Origin: Octopus vulgaris
Taxonomy: Eukaryota
Assembly (NCBI GenBank): GCA_951406725.2
Contig: OX597817.1
Coordinates: 32,426,001 to 32,490,000, forward strand
DNA: 64,000 nucleotides
Direction: 5' to 3'
A program made the position numbers and the translations under genes. Under the pieces are notes generated by a model that saw only the letters and a list, made by a program, of their open reading frames with translations, had not been told where the DNA came from and did no database searches. How positions within the stretch are numbered: the stretch's first letter is position 1; every line of letters begins with the position of its first letter. This document shows, one piece after another, positions 52,527 to 64,000 of this stretch.

Positions 52527-52699
52527 ATGGCGGATACCGGTGTGGTGAAAACAGATATCCGCACTGCGATATGGAATCCTAGAGGCTGGAAAAGTCTTTT
52601 GACATTTTTTATCCTAGCATTAGCCTGGCTTGCCGGTTTCAGTTCCAGGCTTTTCTCAGTTATTCGATTCGAAAGTATTATACATGAATTCGATCCCTG
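52527..52699 (+). CDS. STT3B: First coding exon of oligosaccharyltransferase catalytic subunit STT3B; remaining exons not found in window
   Basis: Translates MADTGVVKTDIRTAIWNPRGWKSLLTFFILALAWLAGFSSRLFSVIRFESIIHEFDPW. LAWLAGFSSRLF..IRFESIIHEFDPW is the STT3B-type N-terminus (STT3A has ESVIHEFDPY). ATG in aatATGG context; phase-2 donor TG|gtaagt at 52699/52700. Confidence 0.93.
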
Positions 52700-55600
52700 G
52701 TAAGTACCGTCAATTCTTATTTTGATACGATTTAACTGAGGGCAACATGACCTTACTTTATTGGGCATTTACAAAATATTAAGCTGCGATGCGATTTTTA
52801 CACTCAATCATTATGCTATTACAATTGAATTCCTTTATAGAAGGATGCTCGAATGTATGGCTTTTATAAACTTTTCGATTGCATCTTATTTTGTATGTGT
52901 AAAATGCACAAGAAAATGCATCGATGTTTCCCTCTCTGCTTGGTTACTTGGATAAATGTATTAAAATAAACGGCTTCTCTTTTAAAATCATCTTCGGATA
53001 TATTTTGTCGTTACAATCATTATTTTGTTGTTGCTTCTGTCCGGTTATTTTTATAAAATTGATGCAAGTTGGTATTCTGTATTAATTTTTTTCGACGTGG
53101 ATAATGGTGATATAGAAATATAATTTTGGTGCCCACCTCATCAATAAGCGCTTAGTTGTGGGCTTACTGATTTCGTTTACTTATTGTCTTGTTTACAGTT
53201 CACCCGCCCCTTCTTATTATATACATATTTCTATATTTTTGACGATATCACTGCTGTAACAATTAAATATATGAATCTTATTACTGAAATAATTATGTGA
53301 TAGTAGTGGTTGTATAGAGATGGCAAAAAATTTATTTGAAAGATCCTGCTCTGAAATAATACAGACACGAAATAAATGGGGGGAAATGCTCATGAACAGC
53401 ATTGGTTTTAATCTTCCTTATCGCTGGAAATTATATTTATATTTATTGATGGAAATTATATTTATATATCGTCAATTCATGCTGAATGAAGAGACATAAA
53501 ATGTTAATCTATACACGATTGCAATTTGGCATTGTGGATCTTTTTTGATAAATCTTTTTTTCATACATGTATATAAGTATCGTACCCATTTTTCCTATTT
53601 AATCCCTCCATATGCTGAACCTCACAAAATAAGTTATATTTAGGGTTTATAGATTTCATTATAACGAAAATTGAAAATCATTACTGTGGTAGAAAGACAA
53701 GAATCATATGAAGAGTTCAAATGGTATAGAACAGATTGTACTTGATATGTTTACACAAAAAGGGTTTTAACCTAAAAGCATAAACTAGTTTTTTTTTCTT
53801 AATGTATTTGATATATAAATCTGTTTTAATATAAATAGCGAAAGGTAGGTTTTATCAATAATATTCTACTTGAAAAAAAAAAGAAAAAAAGCTCATTATG
53901 TAGAGTGGTTAAGATGATAGGATTATGATGGTTGAAACGGAGCTTTTGTTGAGACGCCTCTTTTTTGCTTTTTAATAAAGTCTTTTGTGTTGTGATGACC
54001 AATTAGCGATACGTGGAATCGTTAGTATTCTTTATTCACAAGACCAACTTTGGTTGCTTTGTTAAAGCATGTTGGCGTCATAGGATTCAGTTGAAATGAG
54101 AGGAAATGTGAAAGCGTCCTAAGATTTATCTTTTGGTTGTGTTAGGTATTTTTTTTAAAGAAGTTACCAACTAACTCTACATAGAAATATATTTGTATTC
54201 ACGTCGGTGTACACCTGGGGGTGAATTGAACCGGCTCCAACAAGTGAAGCCACAGCTTTGTAATCACCGGTGAATTTTCATTGGAAATATGCTTTTCCTA
54301 GCGGGCTTCAGTCACAAGCATAAATCTACATGGAAGGTTGTTTTGTTTTGCTTTTTGTATTATAACCACCTACTTCTTGTCACGGGTCGCCTCTCTCTGA
54401 TTAACAGGTAAATTACCAAAGTACACATTCTATAATGTGTCTCTATATACACTACCTAAAAGGATAAGATGTCATGGCTAAACCTCATAATTTTAAAATA
54501 AATGTACCGTGAAGATAATTTGATGTCGACATTTAATCTAGTCGGTGACGCAGGTAATTTTGTAGCTATTTTTACAGGTTTCTCTTACATTTTAGAAAAA
54601 TTGCTTTCTTAAATAAAAAACAGAAAACAAGGAGATCCGTAATGTGAAAGGTATTTTCCCATTGAAAAAAAAATATATATATATAGGTTTCACATTATTG
54701 AACTCCTCACGGTACTGCATGAGAATGTGGAGAATCTGTAGTTTATTAATTGAAGCCCTCGAAGATGACAAATCCTTTAAATTATAAATAATTTTTTTTT
54801 CTTAATGGCTTAGTTAATGAAGGAAGAGTAGCGTCTGTGGTGGGAGGGATGAAAAGTTATCGTCTGACTGGAGACTGGAAACAAATACTTGTAACTGTGG
54901 ACCTCACTAAAGGTATACAAGGGGCCTGGGTAGTAGTGTTAAATTGGACAGTGGATTAAGTTTTTGTCCAAGAAAGGAACGGTCCCATCGTCAGTCTGCC
55001 ATATAGTTTCTGTGTGCCAAATTTCACTCATGAGGTTTTGATCAAGCCTGAGGGCATTGTAGAAGACATTTGCCCAAGGTGCCACACTGTAGGATCAAAC
55101 CTCAAACCAGATAGTTGTGAAACAAAATCTTAAACCATATGGTCATACCTGCAAATATGTTGCATAATATTTAGGAATATGATTAATTAAATAGGTTAGA
55201 CAAATATCACAAACCTGTTGCTGTAAAATCATGTTAAGAAGTAATTTCAAATGAATAGCTTGACACAAAATGTTGATACTCTCTTAAAAAGAATGGGTGT
55301 TAGCAAATTAGAACAGTGTGTTAGCTACTTTGACTTTTAAATAAAAATTAAGCAAAAAGAAATACTGAATATATGAACTGTGTTCCAACATTGAAGAAGA
55401 AGCCACAACTGTAAGAATATTTTAGATAACATTAAAAGGTTTTATTACGGTTTTGTTGGTATCATCTATTGTATTACAACTTAAAAATTACATTGATAAT
55501 TACTGTACTTTTTTGTTATTTTGCAGCTTGTTGAAAACTGTAGTTGTCTCCAACACATTTTTCTACATTCAAACCCAAATTAACAAAGTACAGGCAAGCC

Positions 55601-57126
55601 CAGTCTAACATATTAAGCCAAAGGCCCAGTAATGTTTATAAGTATTCCAGATAGTTGCTTGTTTTCTGTATACTATTAATATGTAAAAGATATCCAATCA
55701 ACATCTGTACACTATCTATCCGGTCTGTGATATCATTGTTATGCTAATGTTATTGTGACATTGCTGGAATATTTAAAGTAAATGCTAATTCAATGTCGGG
55801 ACCATTTTATAATACAGTGCTTGGGTAATGATAAATTATGTATGATACTCGGATATAACAAGTGTCTAAAACTTTGAACTTGCTGTTGTGGACATATGTA
55901 ATTATCATGAACATAAAATAAACTGATCTGAATCATACTTTAGTTTACTAAGAACATCAATATGATTTATGCTTTGACCAGGCGTGTGAATGATTTTGAA
56001 ATCATATTGTGGTAACATTAAGTCTGTCCCATTTAACCTGGAATTATCAAGATCCTTTGATGTAATAGCAATCGATCTCCAATGAAAGGTTTCCCTACTA
56101 GAACAGGTCCCATTCTATCTGCACACCATACCACCATATATCATGTTCAATGTTACTCCAATTGTCTGACTACTAAAATATGCAACAGGTTTTCCATTTT
56201 AAGGCATTATTCCTCTAAAAGGAGTTATTTCTCCATGAGTTTTCTGCTTTTAATATTGTGTTTAAACTGTTGCAGTGTTCTGATAGTAAAGACATTCCTT
56301 TTTGCTGAAAAAGAGGCTAAACTGCTAATTTTGTTTGAAACCAGTATTAATAGTTTATCAGCTCCTAATTAGTTCTCAATTTTTTTCTTTCAATTTAGGA
56401 ACACTAATCCATTGGATCTTGTTCATTAAACTGTATGAAGGATGGTTTGATCCCCTCCTTTTGAAATATTCATATGAAATTTATCCTGGATTGCCGCAAA
56501 GATAAATGTCATCCTAAAAATTATATCATTAATTCCTTTGATTATAATTTTTTTTCTCTCACTAATGGGATTGATGCCATTAATATTTTGCTTAAACTAT
56601 TGCAAGTCAACACCTGCAGGAAAGGATAAGCACAGAGAGAATTTTAAAGGACTAATTTTGTGGGAGGAAGAACTGGGAGTATTGGTTTGTACATGGCTGT
56701 GAGAAAGCGTAGAAGGGAGACAAGTGAGTCGTTAGTGCCTAAGTGGTGGAGGTAGCAACCATTATAACAGTGATAAAAAAAAGGTTATAAGAGAGGGAAC
56801 TTGCCTCTTGGTCAGAGACTGGAGTGTGTAATTTTATCCCAATTTGTTGAGTAGCTTTTTGTGAATGCCACTTAACAGAAATGTGAGTGGCATCTGGATT
56901 TGTGATATTTGTGTGTGCATCTGCAGTGTCATCCTTGATTTGGGAACATTTACTCCACCATGGATCTCATCTGAACTTTGTTAGTAATTGTTGGGGAAGA
57001 AATATTTTCTGGTTCTGAGGGGAAGGGCCAGTGTTTGAGATGTAGTCTTACTTGTATTTTCACTAGAAAAGATCTGTAGTGATGATTGAACTGTGAGAGT
57101 TCAAATTGTGTGCTGTTGTTGTTTAA

Positions 57127-57347
57127 CCCTTTAGTGTTCAGATTACTCTGTTAAATGTATAATTTTTTTTAATCAAATTGTTTTTAATTAATCATGCATT
57201 ATCTTATAGCTTTGAGGTTTCAACGACGTGATTGTTTATTTTTAGAATGTCGATGTAGGTTAGGTGTGAGAGCCCTGATCTGGTCAGTTTGAGCATAAAA
57301 TAGGTAGAAAACTTTCGCCGGATATGGCCGGTTTAAACACTAAAGGG
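57127..57347. mobile_element. piggyBac-type MITE; related partial copies at about 57550-57695 and 63609-63823
   Basis: TTAA-CCCTTTAGTGTT ... AACACTAAAGGG-TTAA. Confidence 0.85.
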
Positions 57348-59736
57348 TTAATGATTTGTAGTACAATTATGTTTTGTTTTGTTTTTATATGAGTAGTGCT
57401 TCTGGGTTTTTTTATTTTCTTTCTGCTGTTGAAAGACTCGAGATTGGCTTCATTAAAGGGTGCTCCATTCATGAAATCAGTGCAGGTTAGACGTGTGACG
57501 TCTAAGTTGCATGTGGCTGATGTTTGATTAGGGTAAGAGTGGTGCATTGTCTTGTAGTTTAGAGATGTCTATGATGTGATTGCTTAGTTTTAGAATGAAA
57601 TCGTAGGGATGAGGTAAGAGGCCAGATCTGGCCAGTTTCAATATAAAACGGGTTAAATATTTTGGTTGGATCTGGCCAGTTTGAATGCTAAAGGGTTAAA
57701 CATGAAACTTGAATGCTGGGGCATGCTGCAACAGTGTCCAGTTTCATATGAACCAGCGATCCATTTTATCTACAATTAACATAATGTCGTTTGTTTCACA
57801 ATTAATATTCACAAGTACTTTCTCAACATCAAACTCAGACACTTAGCATTAATATTATGGACTGACTTTATAGAAAACGGTGAGCTGGCAGAAATGTTAG
57901 CATGCCGGGCGAAATGCTTAGCAGTATTTCATCTGCTGCTACGTTCTGAGTTCAAATTCCGCTGAGGTCGACTTTGCCTTCCATCCTTTCGGGGTCAATA
58001 AATTAAGTACCAGTTAAGCACTGGGATTGATATAATCGACTTAATCTGTTTGTCTGTCCTTGTTTGTCCCCTCTGTGTGTAACCCCTTGTGGGCAATAAA
58101 GAAATAAGAAAACAGTAGTTTTCACCCGCAAAATTTGCTGAAGTGGCCCAGTTTACCTCAGTAACCTTGAAGGATTTAATTGAACAAATCACCCCCTAGT
58201 ATTTATTTTTTTAAGTCTGGTACTTATTCTATTGTTTTATGAAACTACTAAGTTATAGAGATGTAAACAAACCAACACTGGTTGTCAAGTGGTGGTGGGT
58301 GGAGACAAACACAGACACACATTCACACACTCACACATACAACAGGTTCCCATACAGTTTCCGTTTCACAAATTCACTCACAAGGAATTGGTCAGTCCAA
58401 GGATATAGTAGAAGACACTTGTCCAAGGTGCTATGCAGTGGGACTAAATCCAAAATCATGTGATTGCCAAGTGAGCTTCTTAACCACACAACCATGCTTG
58501 CCCCTAAATTTTCCTTAACAAGAGTCCTCACTAGTTGGACACACTACTTCAGTATTGGAGCTTGGCTGTGTTGCTGATCAAAGAGCAAATACTTTCTCTA
58601 AACTGTACCAGTGCAATAAGTCTAACTAGATCTGAGATGGACAATTTAGTTGAAGTTCTTACACAACCAGGCATCGTAATTTTTCTCTTAATAACCCAAT
58701 TTGGTAAATCCTGCTTCTGTGTCTGTGTTGATAACAGTTTACATAAAAAAAAAATTATGTACAATAAACCTTAGCTTAGGAAATTAATTAGTTGTTTTTA
58801 TATTATTTTCTCTTGATCCAAAACTGTTAACTTGTCTATGTTAATAAATCTTTTTTTTTTATGTTTAGCTATATTTTCAATATAGCATTGATGCCTCATA
58901 ACACAAAATTTTGGTTTAACTAGTGTGAGCTTAAGTTAAGCTGTATTGGCCATGTTTCTGCTTCCTCATCATTTTCAAGATTTCAGTTTTCATTAATCTT
59001 CATCCTAGTGAAGGCGCATGGCTCAGTGGTTAGAGCATTGAGCTCACAATCATGAGGTAGTGAGTTCAATTCCTGGACTAGGCTGTGTGTTGTGTTCTCG
59101 AGCAAGATACTTTACTTCACATTGCTCCAGTTCACTCAGCTGTAGAAATGTGCTGCAACATCATTGGTACCAAACTGTATCAGTCTTTGCCTTTCCCTTG
59201 GATAGCACCAGTGGCATGGAGAGAGGTGGCTGGTATGCATGGGCAACTGCTGGTCTTCCATAAACAACCTTACCCAGACTTGTGCCTCAGAGGGTAACTT
59301 CTAAGTGTAATCTTATGGCCATTCATGACCGAAGGGGGTCTTTACCCATTAACCTTTAATCTTCATCCTACAATTGTTAGCTGATTATTTGAGTTGTAAA
59401 TTTTTATCACCAATTGTCATTTTTGCCATAAGTCCATAACAGTGAGGAAGATCCAGTCTTCTAACATCTATAATTATATTTCACTAACATCATCAAAGTG
59501 GCACACTAAAAACTATTCCTTACATTGAACTGTTAATCACCTTAAATATTTAACTGACCATATACAAGCATGAAAAACACAACATTAGCATAACAAGGGC
59601 ATTACAGACTAAGTATATAAGATACAATGTGATACAGGGTTCTTTCAAACTGCTTTACATTCCTAACATAAAATGATAATGAATTAATTTTTGCTTATGC
59701 TCAAACAAGTTGAAAATGTAAAAAAAATCAGTTTAA

Positions 59737-59957
59737 CCCTTTCGTTACCAACCCGGCTGAAACCGGCTCTGGTTCTGAGTACAAACGTCTTGTTTTCATA
59801 AGTTTTAAATTAAAACCTTCCACCAAACCTTAGTCACAATTTATGTTCCTAACACTAGCTTAATGATAACTTAAGTTATTTTACTAAATTCTTTCTTATA
59901 TTTAAAGTAATTGAAAGAAACACAGAGCATATCAAAATAAATACAGTAAGGAAAAGG
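59737..59957. mobile_element. piggyBac-type MITE, second family
   Basis: TTAA-CCCTTTCGTTAC ... GTAAGGAAAAGG-TTAA. Confidence 0.75.
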
Positions 59958-60374
59958 TTAACATATATGCCTTTATGTCTGGTTAGAGAAACACATCATC
60001 ATCATTTAACGTCCGCTTTCCATGTTAGCATGGGTTGGACGGACATTACTTCTAAAAAAGACTAGTCTAGACTAACAATTTGCCAGTCATTCTTCTAAAC
60101 TGATTGTTGAGCATCATTTTATCTTTAATATAAAAACAACTATTTGTTTTAAAACCTTATCTTACAAAAGTTTTTTTTTTTTTTCTTTTCACAATTCATG
60201 ATACATACTCATTGGCAAACAAAAAAGAAACCACTAAAGAAAGCAAGGGTTTGTGTTAGTGGCCTAATCTTTGTTGGGATACTGAAGTGTTTGTCAGAGC
60301 TTGAGAAATATGTGCTAATATCCTATTTAAAGATACAAAGATACCTCTTGTACTGGATGAGTGCCTTGAATCAT

Positions 60375-60620
60375 GGCCTTTGGAAAGATTACAATATGTT
60401 GGGAATGTGTTGATCATCGTTGACTGAGCTACTGCTTGGACGGAAGCTGTTTTTATATTCCAGTAGAAGCCCAGTAGATGGTATTCCAAAGGTATCAGGT
60501 TTTTAATTAGAATTCATTCAATTAAATAACTGGTTAAACTGACTAGATTACAACAAAGTTGAAGGTCCTGCTTGTTATTCAAAATCAAATGGTGCAGCAG
60601 AAAGAGCAGTATTAAATGGT
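60375..60620 (+). mobile_element. Highly decayed LTR-retrotransposon (Gypsy-like) integrase relic
   Basis: GNVLIIVD*ATAWTEAV ... GIP ... PACYSKSNGAAERAV, resembling rve LIIVD and P.YHPQSNG.AER motifs. Confidence 0.6.
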
Positions 60621-63600
60621 TACATTCCATCAGTTGGAAAGTTTGATGAATATTTGCAGTGCTTGTGAATTGTTTCCAACTGAAAAATCACTTGGCAGAC
60701 AGAGCTAGTAATTAAAGCCATTTTATGGGGTTGGACAAATAGTTCTTCAAGAATGATATGGAGGAATTTTCTGCAGATGCTTTGTTCTCTGATTTGTGCA
60801 AACAGGAAGGAATATAGCCTGGATTTAAATGGAAAGGCTGTTAGTGACAATTGATTAAATAACTTCTAAATACTTTTCCTCAAAGCACGTGTTAATCATT
60901 ATAATGTTATCAGTGGCCCAATATCATCTACTTTTCCTTTTCCTGAAGAGCCACTGCATGATCCTGTGATCCCATATAGTTGTATGTCTAACCAGTCAGT
61001 ATCATAAATTTTTTTCAATTCCCATTGTTGCTAGTTTTCCATCTCCATCACCTCATGCTACCAACACTACTAAATCATACTAATCCACACAGCAATTTGA
61101 TGAGTAGTACAATACCATTACATAGGAGCTGCAAAATCAGAAAAGGAATTCAGAAACTACAAAGATACAATGACTTACATGAGTTATCATTATTCATAGT
61201 TGGAATAATGTTATATTTGTAATATTCTATTAGCAATAAGTAAACACATTTGGTCAACATCTGCACACTATAACTATCTACCTGGTCTGTGAATCCATTT
61301 TGATAGATGCTTATTTTGTTCTTTATTATGAATATATAGATGCATTTCATCAATATCTCCTGGTCCTTCAGTTATTATTCGCTATAATGGTGTATCTGTT
61401 TGTATAAACACTCATACAGTATTATGTGTGTATATATCATCATCATTTAGCATCCATTTTCCATGCTGGCATGGGTTAAACAGTTTAACTGGAACTGGTA
61501 AGCCGGCTCCAGTTTGATTTTGGTTTGGTTTCTACAGCTGGATGCTCTTCCTATTACCAACCACTCCAAGGGTGTAGTGGGTGTCTTTTATGTGTCACTA
61601 GCACAAGTGCCTTTATTCTCTTACACATTCCTTTATTAAGTTTTTCTTATTAATTTTAAGATGAAAATTATTGTAGAGTCAAGATAATTTGGTTACATTG
61701 TGCCTAATCTGTGTACATCATCTTCATCTGCTTACCATGCTGGCATGGGGTGACCAATTCAACAGGTTAGAGGACTATATATTGCTCCAGTGTCACAGTT
61801 TTTGTCCTGGTTTCTACAGCTGGATGCTCTTCCCAACAGCAACCACTTCACACAGAGTTTACTGGGTGAATTTTTATGTGGCACCAACCCTGTAGAAGTT
61901 GTCTTTCCTTTTGCAAGACTAAAGAGTCCTTGCAACCCTACATTATCTCTGCTCAGTTCACCAACCATTTTACAGTATGTGCTTGGGTGTTCTCTTCATG
62001 TCCTCAGTACTAGTGAGGAAATGTCACTCACAAACCGAAAGAGAGTAGGAGAGAGTGATGAAGCTGGATTAGGTATGAAGGGAAGAGATTTATTGTTGGA
62101 GCAGGGGCTAGTATAGAGGGAGTAACGGGATGAGGAAGAAGTGGAGTCAGAGCAAATTCTCTAATATACCCTCTTTTCTTTCTAGATAGATTCACTTTCA
62201 TCTTTGCATTAAAAGGCAACAATTGTGTGTGTGTGTGTACATACACACATACTATGCATACAAATATATAAGCATAGACTTTGTCCGAAAGTATGTTACT
62301 TGTCAGTGTTAGAAAACTTCCTTTATAGAAAAATTTAAAAATTTCTTTAGTCACCCATTATTTATGAGAAAAGAAGAGTATGATAGGTGATACTTTAGTT
62401 GACAAGTTATTAAGTCCACAGAATGGAAAGTTTGTTTGAAATGATTTTGTAGGTTAATAGCATGCAACTACACTTGTACATATAAGTTTTGAAAAGGGAG
62501 AAGAGGAAAATATCAAGAGACTATTTGGGGTTGACAAGTGAAATGGAATTGTAAAAACAATGCTTCGAGGAAATATTTAACTACAAAATTAAAAAAATTT
62601 AAAATATAGATTAAGGAATTTAAATAGAATAAAAAATGTAAATGTTTGCTGAACTTCAAACATGAGGTGATTAAATTTTCAATATTCTTAGCTTGAAATG
62701 TTGTGTGGGTAAAGAAGAAAAAAAAAGGTTTATAGATCTTCAGTGTCATATGGAACATGTTGTAACACATGTCTCTCCAGCAACAAAGGTTTTGTTTTTG
62801 AATCTTGATCAATATAACAAGAAAAGAACATCAATCTCATAATTATTGACTCGTTTCAAGAATAAATATTGTTTGATTCTTTATGCAGAAATATCATATT
62901 TGTTGTTAGATACTTTGTGTTACTTTATTTTATTTATATAGATAACATCTTCTGAGGATGTAAATAGAGCATAAAGCAGACTCAACATTTTAGATTTCAG
63001 TCTTCTGTTGTTAAGCTATGAGATTAAGGTGTTACTAACCATATGGTCAAGAGTTTCCCTTCTTATTAGAGCCATTGTGCTGAGTCATTGAACAAGGTGC
63101 ACGTATCTGTTGCCACTGTTTAATCTGTGTAAAACAGGTTCCACTGCTACTTTATAGTTCAATAGTTGGCCATTAAGAAGCACATCCTGATGTTGATATT
63201 ATGAATGAAAAGCTGCTTACAATTACTATCTGACCCATGCAACTGCAGAAAATAAAACTTTTATCAATCTCCCATTGTATACCAGTTATTTCTGCTTGCT
63301 TCTTGCTTATGATGAACATATTATTTTAGTAACCATTTTATAAAGTTTGTATCCGTATGACAAAAAGAAATGTACAGTTGCATTTATATTTTGCAATTTT
63401 ATTTTTTCTTGATTATCCATCCATAAAACCTAGTTTATATTTTTGCTAATGCTGAAGACAATACATCTTCAGTTGAGCAATCAATATTGATCTGCTTTGT
63501 TAGATTTATTTACTTATAAGAAAAAGACACAAGTTAACATACAGGCTCGATCTATAGCAGTATATAGAAGAATAAGTAAGGGAAGCTTGTTTCTTTCTTA

Positions 63601-64000
63601 AGAGCATTATAGTATTTAAACTGGCCATATCCGGCCAAAATAGTTAATCTGTTTTATGTTCAAACTGACCAGATCCAGGCTCTCGCACCTACCCTACAAT
63701 GTTATTCTACATTAAGTAATTACACCATCAAGATCTTGAAGATATGAGATAATGCATGATTAATTCAAATCAATGTGAATCAATAGGCATTATGTTTGAT
63801 AGAATAATCTGAACACTAAAGGGTTAAGGAATTTTCATAGCTATAAAATTAATGATTTATTGTTATAAAGAAAAGTTGTTTATATTCATTCAATTTTTAT
63901 TTACAATTTTCCATGCAAGCATGAGTTAGACATATATGCTGTTGAGTATTGCTTTTACAGTTGGGTGCCCTTCCAGTTGCCAAATCATGCTTTTTACAAG

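Noticed and set aside
52700-64000. STT3B exon 2, expected to continue FNYR
   Set aside because: No acceptor followed by such a frame was found by eye; intron 1 probably extends beyond the window.

Overview
Eukaryotic, AT-rich, repeat-saturated genomic DNA, most consistent with an octopus/cephalopod (inferred from the repeat landscape, not checked by search). Nearly all ORFs in the supplied track are microsatellite or repeat artefacts. Two host genes appear to start here, pointing away from each other about 41 kb apart, each in a CpG-retaining, repeat-poor zone. One is exon 1 of STT3B (oligosaccharyltransferase catalytic subunit, + strand, 52527-52699). The other is a probable first exon encoding a mitochondrial-presequence-like peptide (- strand, 11042-10944). 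The rest is tRNA-derived SINEs, RTE and CR1 LINE fragments, mariner/Tc1 relics, hAT/piggyBac/Mutator-like MITEs, a tandem Helitron dimer, a Gypsy integrase relic and microsatellites. The strongest unexplained signal is a set of short non-coding elements, mostly next to (TA)n and often inverted-duplicated, that fold by hand into type I hammerhead ribozymes. The best is a 160-bp near-perfect palindrome with a hammerhead on each strand (32332-32702). A second complete one lies at 14494-14544, and two weaker candidates have compensatory G3-C8 or U3-A8 cores. They are probably Penelope-like pseudo-LTRs. All folds and alignments were done by eye.
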